Shown here: positions 54,201-64,000 of the stretch, piece after piece
How the letters are laid out: each line of letters begins with the position of its first letter
Numbering within the stretch: position 1 is the stretch's first letter
DNA from: Lytechinus pictus
Taxonomy: Eukaryota
Direction of reading: 5' to 3'
Length of the DNA stretch: 64,000 bases
Assembly (NCBI RefSeq): GCF_037042905.1
Contig: NC_087262.1
Coordinates: 11,346,001 to 11,410,000, forward strand
Program-made: the position numbers and the translations under genes
Notes under the pieces: model-generated
The model's input: the letters and a program-made list of their open reading frames with translations, nothing else
Told to the model about the DNA's origin: nothing
The model's database searches: none

Positions 54201-57200
54201 TGTAATTTTGCAGATGAAGCAGCGATGTAGAGTTCTCTATTGTGTTGCAAATATAAAAGGAATTAATGTTACCGACAGTCATTAATCATATAATTTTCAC
54301 CAATAAGATATCCATATTAGGCAATTGTTGCAATTATAAGAATAGTATTCCCCTCCTTTTGTCTTATTTATATATTTCGTATACATTTTTATGTTCTGCC
54401 TTATTAAATATCAGACTATACCACAATACTTTATATGGCCACCTTTGCCATGAATGTCTTCTTAATTTTACAATTATCTAATTAGTTGTTTTTTTCTCTT
54501 CTAATCGATCATTTCCAATTTTCTTAGTGCTGTCAACGATGCTGACGTCAAGCTATTACGGTTCACCCAGTTCGGGAAAAACTTTCCCAAATCCCAGAAC
54601 ATGAGTCCAGATGCCTTTGTACAACTAGCGCTGCAACTAACATATTACAGGTACGACGGAGATACCGGGTACAATATGTATATTATTAAAATTATATAAT
54701 CGACTTGTAATTGCATATTCATGAAGACTCTTTTTTCACGAAAGAGTAAGAAACTGGATTGGATTTTCGTTTTATCTCTAGCGTTGAGGGAAAACAGTTA
54801 AATACAATTTTGATGAAAAATACTAAAACATGAAATATTCTGGACATGATCAATTACATCCTTCCACATAGGCACCCCACATACACACTCCTCTCAATCC
54901 AACAAATCGCTCACATCTCGAATAAACACTCACTTCCACACTTTCCTCATCAAACAGGTCGTTCACCATTCTTATAAACACCAACACCCACTCCGATCCT
55001 CACCAAACAAATCGCTCACTCTCACATAAACATCCCACACACACACTATTCCTCACCAAACAAATTGCTCTCCTCTCACGTAGCCCTTTCTCACTTGAAC
55101 AAATCGCTCACTCTCTCATAAACATCCACAACCACAATCTTCCCCACCAAACAAAAGCACACTTCTCACATAAACACCCACTCGTATCCTTCCTCACGAA
55201 ACAAACCCACATCTCTTACATTAGCACCCACATTCCTCATAAAATAAAGCGCTCACCCCTCGCACAAACATCAACACCCTTCCTTATTACACTAATCATT
55301 CACCAAACACCCACATCCTTCCTCTCCTCCAATATAGCTCACCTCTCACATATAACACCCACACCCTTTCTCATCCAATAAATCGTTCTCCTCCCCCATA
55401 AACCCACTCACACCCTCTCTCACCCAACGAATCGCTCACCTCTCAAATAAACAACCCTATACACCCACACCCTCCCTCGCCAAACAAATCACTCTCCTCT
55501 CGCATAAACTTCTACGCCCACATCCTTTCTCACTCAACAAATCGCCCACTCTCTCATAAACACCCACACCCACAATCTTCCTCAGCAAACGATGCTCACC
55601 TCTCAGATAAACATCCACATCCTTCCTCATCCAACAAATCGTTCACATTCTTGCATAAACACCCACACCCTTCCTCGCCCAACAAATCCCTCACATCTCG
55701 CATGAACACCCACACCCATTCTCACTCAGCAAATCCCTCACATCTCACATAAACACCCACACCATTCCACACCCAACAAATCCCTCACATCTCACATAAT
55801 CACCCACACCCATCTTCACTCAGCAAATCCCTCACATCTCACATAAACACCCTCACCCTTCCACCCTCAACATTTCCCTCACATCTCACATAAATACCCA
55901 CACCCTTTTTCACTCAATAAATCCTCACATGAACACCCACACCTTTTTCACTCAACAAATCGCCCACTCTCTCATAAACACCCACACCCACAATCTTCCT
56001 CAGCAAACGATGCTCACCTCTCAGATAAACACCCACACCCTTCCTCGCCCAACAAATCCCTCACATAAACACCCACACCCATTCTCACTCAGCAAATCCC
56101 TCACATCTCACATAAATACTCACACCCATTTTCACTCAATAAATCCTCACATCTCACATAAACACCCACACCCTTTCTCACTCAACAAATCCCTCACATC
56201 TCACATAAACACCCACACCCATTCTCACTCAGCAAATCACTCACATCTCATATAAACACCCACACCCTTCCACCCTCAACATTTCCCTCACATCTCACAT
56301 AAATACCCACACCCTTTTTCACTCAATAAATCCTCAGATCTCACATGAACACCCACACCTTTTTCATTCAACAATTCGCTCACCACTTATATAAACACCC
56401 ACACCCTTTTTCACTCAACAAATCCCTCACATCTCACATAAACACACACTCCCTTTCTCACTCAACAAATCCCTCACATCTCACATAAACACCCACACCC
56501 TTTTTCACTCAATAAATCCCTCACATCTCAGATGAACGCCCACACCCTTTTTCACTCAACAAATCGCTCACCTCTCATATATAAAACACCCACACCCTTT
56601 CTCACTCAACAGATCCCTCACATCTCACATAAACACCCACACCCATTCTCACTCAATAAATCCCTCACCTCTCAGATGAACACCCACACCCTTTTTCACT
56701 CAACAGATCCCTCACATCTCACATAAACACCCACACCCTTCCTCACTCAACAAATCCCTTACATCTCCCATAAACACCCACACCCATTCTCACTCAATAA
56801 ATCCCTCACATCTCAGATGAACACCCACACCATTTTTCACTCAACAAATCGCTCACCTCTCACATGAACACCCACACCCATTCTCATTCAATAAATCCCT
56901 CACCTCTCCCATAAACACCCACCTCATATCAGAACAAATTGCCAACTGCTCACATAAACATCCACACCCTTCCTCACTCAACAAATTGCTCACCTCTCAT
57001 ATAAACACCCACACCCACTCCCTCCCAGAACAAATCACCCACTGCTCACATAAGCACCCAAAGCCACATAAAAGACTCTCATCTCACTTAACCACCCCAC
57101 ACCAACATCTTAAACTTACATGTACGTATCCACCAACTTTTTAACCTATCACATTATCATCTACCCCTTTTCTTACTCAACAACTCTGCTCTTGCATAAA

Positions 57201-60200
57201 CATCCACAGCAACTCGCTTACCCCTGCTGCTCCTATCATTTCTCAGCAACTTAATTAACGCTTAAATAAACACGTCCCATCCACATGGTTCCTCAGCGGC
57301 TGTGGGTGTGGATATGGGATGTTAATCAGTCTATTCGCACACTATCACACCCATCCCGTTTCTACCTTCACCTTTCCCCATCCAACGACCTGCTTACCAA
57401 GCTTTCATGTCAACAAACAATTTCTAACTATCTCAACTCCTACAACAAACAATTTCCAACTATCTCAACTCCTACATCTAAACATTCGTGTAAATGTATG
57501 ACCTCAAGAGGCAAATTAAAACGCTGAAATACTGTAACAAATCCCATGAAACAGTTGCACTCCTACCTTTTTGATGGTATACATTATGTTCTTTGAAAAA
57601 TTATATCTAAAATAAGTATAATCTCATTATAAAGGTCTTGTAGAATATATGGACGTCTAACGAGTATGTACGAAAGCGGTTCTACCCGTCAGTTTCAAGA
57701 AGGAAGGGTAAACAACCTGATATCTAAATAATGAATAAAAATAATCTCATTAATGTTATCTTCCTTTTGCTCTTGAAGAATATACGGACGTCTAACGAGT
57801 ACGTACGAAAGCGGTTCAACCCGTCGGTTTCAAGAAGGTAGGGTTGACAACATCCGAGCTGCTTCACCAGAAGCCTTAGAGTTCGTCAGAGCAATCAAAG
57901 GAGAGAGAGAAGCAACTGTAAGAAAGGGAAATTGACGTTTCCTCTTAATCTATTCCACGCAGCGTACAATTACGTCATATGGAAGCCATAATTAATCAAA
58001 TGCATCTTATTATCTCGTTGTTCTCTCTAGTATTGTCAGCTGCATGATTGAAATGGAATATCAAGCATTTGAACTGTCTGGATTATTAACACTAATATGT
58101 ATAAACCAAAAATAAAAATTGTTTTATGCACATTTTATGTTCTATAAAATTATGGAGTAGCTCCTTGGTTCGGGGATCATAGGAAAATGTGAATTACTGA
58201 CTTCAAAAATCTAATTCTACAGAGCAATATCGAATGTTTGGAAACTCATCTTGGGCAAATCGTTAAAAGTGTAAAGTTATATTGTTGATAATTGTATTGA
58301 ATGAATAGAAATCACCAATAAAACATTAATTATATAGATCAATAAACAGTCAGAAAGTGCCAACGTTGTTTTGTTTTGGTTCGAGTAATTTTCTGTCTAG
58401 GGCAGTACAGGTAATGTGAATGCCTCATTTCATCAAAGTCGGTGAAGCTCACTTCAAGAGTATTTCAAGTTTCGATTTCTTTCAAAAATGCATATCAGCA
58501 TTCCAATTCATTACTATACGTAGATAGAAGTATGATGTGGTGGATATCATATGGTATGTTTTACTGGATAAATCTTGCGATTTTACCTGTATAAAACTTT
58601 TTTTATCTGGATATTAAAACATATATCAGGAAATGCATAGGACTTAAGATCATGATTTTTGCCTGATGTTTTCAAATATCTGAGAAAACTAAGAATCCGA
58701 TTACTGATATCTGAAGATAAAAGGGCCTTTTCACACGTAAATCTTGAATCATCATTGTAATGATGATTGTAATTCGTCTTTAGAATCATCGGACCTTTCA
58801 CACGGAAAATTCGTGCTGTAATTTGAGTGAAACTTAAAGTTGAATTTGTGATTGTGATTAGCGTTCGTGATTCTAGTTTGGTTTCACACGTGCTAAAAAA
58901 ATCGTCATTAGCCTTATTTTTCACTGGAGTCATCATTCAAATTAAGACATATTTTTTACCGTGTGAAAGGGTGGAAAATAACTGAGAATCTCTATTTATG
59001 TTTTTAGACGCACTATAAATATAATTTAAGGCATTATTCACATTTATTTTCGTTCTGTTTCTAACTTTAGATAGAGGAAAAGAAGTTTCTAATGAGAGAA
59101 GCAATAAGGGCACAGACCGAGACATGTTTACAGGTATTTTTAGTTGTTTTTCCTGTTTTATTTCGAACCATATCCAAAAATTGCCTTCGAGATAAATTAA
59201 AGATATTTTGGGCCACGGATATAACATTAAACGTTCAATTATAAGTTACATTAGGCGATAACACACAAGCATATCATTCAAATGGGCGTTTACTAAATAT
59301 TTCCCTTAATGAGGAATAGTTCATTTCGATGACGGATCGATTGATTTGTTGAATGATTGATTGCTTGGTTAATTGAAAATGATACTGTAATATGCTATAA
59401 TAGATGTCAATACATGTTGGTTTATCCATACAAATCGCGAAAATGAAATGTGTAGCATGTTACGTGAACGATGGGGCCCAGTAGATAAGTCTCCGGACAT
59501 TGAAACAAGGGGATCTTGGTTTCCAATCCCTCGGTAATTTCTTGATCAGCCCGTGTTAGAGATATTTCATATCATATAAATCATCTAACATGCCTGACAT
59601 TTTACCTACTTCCAACTCACTAAGTACTGATTTATCACTTAAACGAATATTTCATTTGCTATTGTTAATTTTTATTATATCTGTTATTTTTATGTCATGT
59701 AAATTGGGAAATAGCTATAATAAATTCGATTTAAATCAGCTCATAATCACAATAATATTTGTATACGATAGACAATCACTGGCCAAGGCTTCGACTGTCA
59801 TCTTCTATGCCTGAGAGAAGTCAGCAAGGAGATGGACATGCCCTTACCAGATCTTTTCGCTGATGAAGCTTTCGAAATCAGCAATAGGTTTTGTCTCTCT
59901 ACCAGTCAGGTGAGTTAGACCTTCGTTCTTCATTTTGTGGAAGCGCCGTGGTTTAGTGATTCGGACTCTCGCCTTGCAATCAGATGGTTGTGTGTTCGAA
60001 TCTCACCGCGACCTAGCGTCCTTTGGCAAGGCGTAAATCCACACTTTGCCACTTTCCACCCAGGTGTTATATGGGTAACCATAAGGATAAGAAAGCATAT
60101 GTAATATGCCTTGCAATTGAGTCTTTGAACTCTTGTTGGAATGCTTCCCAGGGAGTGGAGAAATTGCATACATTGTGTGGGGGCATGTCAGGATCCGATG

Positions 60201-61239
60201 ACCGGGGTAATAACAATTGCAATGTGGAGCGCTTAGAAACAAAATGTAATAAGCGCTAAATAAATGTAACTATCATTAATATTCTACTGCCACTTGAAAA
60301 ACTGACATTTGCATCTTTAAAGATGTTCATGTACTATTGTCTGTATACATTGTCCAGTTTTCTTATTGTGGTTTCGGAATTACATAGGAAGGAGCAGATA
60401 TAGAACGATGAGAATGTGTTTTTCTCTGTTGCTGAACTGAAAGAGTGAAGTTGGTGGAGTTTTTAATTCATGTAATTATTTACCTGATAAAGAAAACGTG
60501 TATGCTTGTATTCAGAGCAAGCAATTAGTGGAAAGAAGGCGTAAAGTCCTCTCTGATGGATATGGTAATTAGAATAAATACATTAACAAAGTGCACTAGC
60601 GCACCAAGTGGGAATCGAACCGGGGTCACCGAGTTGTCTAACCTCCGCTCTACCGACTGAGCTATCACGCATCCTGAAGATGTGCAAGAAGGATACTGCA
60701 TGATGTTGACAGAGATTTGAAAGTTTGAACAATTAATAATAATGGTAATTATTGTTGCGACATTGTAGCTTACTGGTACTTTCGAAAAAAGAGGGCACGT
60801 GGACACCAACGCCTGACATTGGCTAAGGCAGCATACATGTCATTGACATCATACGCGATGCAAAGAGAGAAGGAAACATATTTTGATGGTCAACGTCAGA
60901 TTTATACGACATACCACCTTACTTGACAGAATTCGCCTCGCAAGAATCACATTTAGCACAATCATTCAACACTATCATGTCTCTTCTCCTTTACAGGTTC
61001 TAACCAAACTGGATACATTCATGTGCTACGGGCCCGTGGTCCCGGATGGTTACGGCGCCTCGTACAACCCACACGAGGACTACATACTGTTCGCCATAGC
61101 CTCGTTCAAGTCTTGTCCTTCAACCGACTCACACGTCTTCCGCGCAAAGCTTTACCAAACGCTCATCGATATGCACGAGCTCTGCACGGGGACCAAACCG
61201 ACCACCAACAACAACTCCAACGGTTACATGAAAGGGTAG
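42344..61239 (+). CDS. ChAT: Choline O-acetyltransferase, spliced CDS: join(42344-42427,47922-48116,49638-49810,50487-50667,51088-51262,52134-52330,52656-52756,53762-53896,54528-54650,57779-57917,59071-59133,59772-59909,60997-61239); 648 aa
   Basis: All introns are GT..AG with matching phases. The translation has the carnitine/choline acyltransferase motifs LPx[30 protein letters not shown] (catalytic His), [35 protein letters not shown] and [13 protein letters not shown] (not TET) and ChAT-typical stretches ([24 protein letters not shown]) indicate ChAT rather than CrAT/CPT. Confidence 0.96.
45175..45400 (+). repeat. (AGT)n/(AAT)n microsatellite
   Basis: Directly visible; source of the poly-S ORF. 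Confidence 0.93.
45553..45690. other. Assembly gap (N) after a (GATA)n tract
   Basis: N run. Confidence 0.99.
47136..47470. repeat. Internally repetitive, partly inverted element (gtcgacttggcgagataacg..catgttgacat), probably a transposon relic
   Basis: Direct copies at 47338 and 47391 plus inverted partial copies upstream. Confidence 0.6.
47922..48116 (+). CDS. ChAT: ChAT coding exon ([11 protein letters not shown]...ESKTNW)
   Basis: tttccccAG acceptor, TGG|gtaggt donor, 195 nt, family N-terminal signature LPxLPVPPL. Confidence 0.96.
48137..48383. mobile_element. MITE 20 nt downstream of a ChAT donor site
   Basis: gggggatttcaagttcggtgtt is inverted as aacactgaacttgttatcaccc. Confidence 0.65.
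49638..49810 (+). CDS. ChAT: ChAT coding exon ([11 protein letters not shown]...DYKVVID)
   Basis: ttattacAG acceptor, GC|gtaagt donor, 173 nt, phase 0/2. Confidence 0.96.
49950..50088. mobile_element. Second, right-truncated copy of the 11796 MITE family inside a ChAT intron
   Basis: gtttcatagagctcttcgtaagttaagagggactttaagaacgactgg...cagtcgttcctaaagt...aacttacgaacagct. Confidence 0.8.
50487..50667 (+). CDS. ChAT: ChAT coding exon (RALPVD...[10 protein letters not shown]...ICKNQ)
   Basis: gcccAG acceptor, CAG|gtaatt donor, 181 nt, phase 2/0. Confidence 0.96.
51088..51262 (+). CDS. ChAT: ChAT coding exon ([14 protein letters not shown]...RARLIE); missed by the ORF track
   Basis: cttttcctacAG acceptor, G|gtatgt donor, 175 nt, phase 0/1; resembles vertebrate FFVLDVVINFRRLSE. 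Confidence 0.95.
52134..52330 (+). CDS. ChAT: ChAT coding exon ([14 protein letters not shown]...NRWFDKTMQ)
   Basis: long polypyrimidine tract and cAG, CAG|gtaagt donor, 197 nt, phase 1/0. Confidence 0.96.
52656..52756 (+). CDS. ChAT: ChAT catalytic exon ([20 protein letters not shown]...HLLKY)
   Basis: ttgtatAG acceptor, AT|gtacgt donor, 101 nt, phase 0/2; contains the catalytic histidine. Confidence 0.95.
53762..53896 (+). CDS. ChAT: ChAT coding exon (DSETHKRKL...[11 protein letters not shown]...VQIT)
   Basis: tttttttcgcAG acceptor, CA|gtaagt donor, 135 nt, phase 2/2. Confidence 0.94.
54528..54650 (+). CDS. ChAT: ChAT coding exon (AVNDAD...FGKNFPK...[15 protein letters not shown])
   Basis: ttttcttAG acceptor, AG|gtacga donor, 123 nt, phase 2/2. 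Confidence 0.95.
54880..57110. repeat. Intronic ~47-bp minisatellite (CACATCTCACATAAACACCCACACCCTTTCTCACTCAACAAATCCCT), ~45 copies
   Basis: Directly visible; almost no G on the + strand. Confidence 0.95.
57644..57719 (+). pseudogene. Partial tandem duplicate of the ChAT exon at 57779 ([24 protein letters not shown])
   Basis: Near-identical to 57779-57854 at a 135-nt offset; keeps an AG acceptor (cttgtAG); frame runs into TAA at 57729-57731. Confidence 0.88.
57779..57917 (+). CDS. ChAT: ChAT coding exon ([26 protein letters not shown]...EREAT)
   Basis: cttttgctcttgaAG acceptor, ACT|gtaaga donor, 139 nt, phase 2/0; CoA- and choline-binding motifs. Confidence 0.95.
59071..59133 (+). CDS. ChAT: ChAT small coding exon ([21 protein letters not shown])
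   Basis: tttctaactttAG acceptor, CAG|gtattt donor, 63 nt, phase 0/0; matches vertebrate EKLLLLKDAIRAQT. Confidence 0.92.
59772..59909 (+). CDS. ChAT: ChAT coding exon ([16 protein letters not shown]...NRFCLSTSQ)
   Basis: gatAG acceptor, CAG|gtgagt donor, 138 nt, phase 0/0. Confidence 0.95.
59938..60280 (+). mobile_element. Near full-length tRNA-derived SINE in the last ChAT intron
   Basis: A-box TGGTTTAGTGA, B-box GTTCGAATC, gtcctttggcaagg..cacccaggtg core, tail agcgcttagaaac..aagcgctaaataaatg. Confidence 0.85.
60586..60670 (-). mobile_element. tRNA-derived SINE head
   Basis: Reverse strand reads gcgtgatagctcagtcggtagagc..ggttcgattcccacttggtgcgctagtgc; matches the 32430 copy. Confidence 0.75.
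60997..61239 (+). CDS. ChAT: ChAT last coding exon ([24 protein letters not shown]...GYMKG*)
   Basis: tcttctcctttacAG acceptor, TAG stop 61237-61239. Confidence 0.96.
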   Translation, partial: VLTKLDTFMCYGPVVPDGYGASYNPHEDYILFAIASFKSCPSTDSHVFRAKLYQTLIDMHELCTGTKPTTNNNSNGYMKG

Positions 61240-64000
61240 ATCAAGGGGATGACGAGCCCTGGCTAGAATCGGCCGAAGTTTCAAAGAGAATGAAACCCTG
61301 GGAACAAGTTATTTTGTGTGATAACATAATATAAATATATAATATAAAGAAATCCATGAAAGTTTGAGAAAAATTGAACAAATATTAAAAGAAACTTATG
61401 AGATTTTGAATTTTGAGATCACTAATGATGTGGAAATCATCATATTGGCAACGCGAACAACATGTGTGATGTCACACTTGTACTACTCCGACATTTTAAA
61501 TACCAATCTTACTCAAATTCATGTTAAAAAATCTATACATAGATCAGGGTTTTTTTGATGGGGGAACTTAGTCATGTAATAGAGGCAACATGGACAAAGA
61601 ATTTGTATTATCATTAGAATGAGCATTAATAGATGATTAGGGTAGTATTTCTAGTGTACAAAGGGAGGTGTTGTAGTTGTGTGACATCACAAACCTTGGT
61701 CGCATTGCCAACTGGAGGATCTCCACAGCATTAGTGATTTCGACATTCAAAAGCTTTCAAAAAATTATTGTTTGTCCAATTGTTCTCAAACATTCCTTGA
61801 TTTTTGTTCATTGCGTTTTTATTTTTTCTAAATTTTCATTCATGCTAAAGGTTTCATTTTCATTTAAGGGGTTGTTACACCTGAATGTCTTAGTCAGCGT
61901 ATGCCGACGCGCGAAAGCTATTTTTATCTAATCAAATTTCTTGTTATCAAGAAAACGGCTGGGCAAACGTGCACAATGTCGGTATGCGCTGGCTTAAATA
62001 TCCAGATGTGACCCAGTCTCGATTCCTCGGTAAGACGTTCTTATATAACACATCAATAGACGACATCTTTGGCAACTGAAAGCTCTTTGACGTACTGTAT
62101 TTGAAATCGAATTCTTTGCAACGTTTCTTACGATTATCATATTTTTTCGAAATCTGGTCACTAAACATGATAAAGGACATCCAGACCCAAACGTGATCCA
62201 TGTGTGCTACCCATACATGTATATCATACGGGCGTCGCGTCGTACGACCGTCGTACGATAAGAGAAACCTATAAGGCTCATGTGAAAGTGGGTTGATAGC
62301 GTATTCCGTAGAGACCTCTTGTTACAGTCACAAATACCTTCACGAGCACCGCACGAATGATTTTACTTCATTTATGTATTTAAAAAAATCGTTCGTACGG
62401 TGTATGTAAGATTTGTGTTCGTAGCATTACCTGACGTTGGTTTCAATTTGTCAGCCTCGTAGTTCTGTCATGTAAGGTGATGTAAATGACGTGTCACCTA
62501 AATGAATGACGTCATTAATATAATCGGTTAATACACAAATATACACAGCATGCGCATGTATACAGACTGTCTGTCCCATATCCTGGCGATAGACACTTTT
62601 GGGGGAAATGCACGTTGTCAAAAAACGATTGATAAGTCGGGCACCAATCGTCGAGTTTGGGCACACTCGGTGTTTTACCATCACGCACTCGAGTGAGTGC
62701 ATGATCTGTATGTAATTTAAAATACGTAAAAATCATTCACACACTGGACTGAGTGAATGAATGACGGCTTATGGCATGAACGGCCCGTCATACACTCGGT
62801 GTCTCACCTCACTCCATCGACTTTGTATACCGTTTTTTAGGAGGCCTAAAGAAATATCATTTCTCCTGGTGCACAGTGGTAAAAAAAATGCTAGAAACGA
62901 CACTTCGTGCTTAATGTGTACAAAAATAGTGTTAAAACGTCTTAATAGAATCGATTTAGACGATTTATAAGTGTTCCACCATTAATTCAATGAAGAAAAA
63001 AACGGAATCAGACTTATTTCTCATCGAAATATTTTTATACCTGATTATCAATTATCGCTTTTTGACAAATGCCTGATTAAAGACAGGTTGTTGTCGGGTA
63101 TACTGTTTAAATATTACTCCGATATGTAATTAGTGTGTTTTTATAAGGAACATAATGTTATAAGAGTCACTATGTTAATGTTTTTATTCATTACATTTTT
63201 AACACTTTCGCAAAATTATACTCCGAATAATTTAAACCATCGATGTTTTCGTAGCCACTTTGTTTTTCTCTAAACTCTTCTATGCACTTCATGAAAATCA
63301 CTTTTAATAGATATGCAATTATTAAACATTGTAGTGAAGACTGAAGAGTGTTTTTACATTTTCTTTTCGTTTAGGCGTGTCTCATATAATTCCGAACAGC
63401 AAGCCTGAGCATTTTCGATAGACAATGCCCCGTTTACAAATCTCTTGATATTGGGTTGAAGGGCCCTATTATTGACGCAACGGATTGCGAAAAAAGAAAA
63501 CATCCAATCAAAATGATCGTTGCACGCGCACATCCATACAAACGCTAACAATCAACCTATCAGAATCGTCTTTCTGAATATGTTTTTCTTTGTCTCGTGT
63601 TGGTTGTTTTTATCTTGTGTTTGGTTGTTGTTTTTTTATCCCACATAATTATTTTTTGCTTGTAAGGTTTCAGGTGGGTGGTCACAATTTGTAAAGACGT
63701 AAACCTTTACCTAATCACCTTATTTTTTTTTCATTTGGTATATTTATTTGTACCAACTATTCGACCTATTTTGGAGAAATTATCGAAAATTTATAATTTC
63801 TTGATGACATATAGACCTATGTATAGATAGATAAATTAAATTAAGGTTGCACAAAATATCGTATTTGGGAATTTCATTTAAAAAACAGCAATATGTCGAA
63901 AATCACATTGAAGTGACTTGTAAACCATACAAATTTAAGCAAATTCCTCTCTTAAATCTGACATTTTCTTTGGTAAACATTGCATTTTTATATGCTCGGT

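Noticed and set aside
42344-61239. Carnitine acetyltransferase or CPT identity
   Set aside because: It has the VDN choline motif and ChAT-specific segments, and no C-terminal peroxisomal signal.
61023-61334. Overlapping 103-aa ORF or stop read-through at the ChAT 3' end
   Set aside because: It is an alternate frame of a GC-rich exon; read-through of TAG 61237 meets another TAG after 8 codons.
61240-64000. ChAT polyadenylation site
   Set aside because: I saw no canonical AATAAA, only several ATTAAA, so the 3' end cannot be placed.

Overview
Eukaryotic, AT-rich, repeat-rich genomic DNA with three short N gaps; the SINE/MITE content looks deuterostome-invertebrate, probably sea urchin (inference). 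One protein-coding gene can be supported: choline O-acetyltransferase (ChAT) on the + strand. I reconstructed it by hand as 13 GT-AG coding exons from 42344 to 61239, phase-consistent, 1947 nt, 648 aa plus stop, with the catalytic His motif YEHSPSEG and the choline-type VDN motif. The first 42 kb has no recognisable coding sequence, in particular no VAChT/SLC18A3, which normally lies in the first ChAT intron. It holds MITEs, tRNA-derived SINEs, microsatellites and a ~4 kb, ~58-bp satellite. Main leads: (1) the satellite unit carries COE/EBF-type motifs (TCCCCAGGG(G)A) and abuts a dense E-box/AP-1/CRE cluster upstream of a cholinergic gene; (2) a partial tandem duplicate of the CoA-binding exon; (3) a candidate alternative first coding exon with a mitochondrial-presequence-like peptide; (4) an in-frame uORF and a possible non-AUG N-terminal extension. 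These leads are hypotheses from sequence only.
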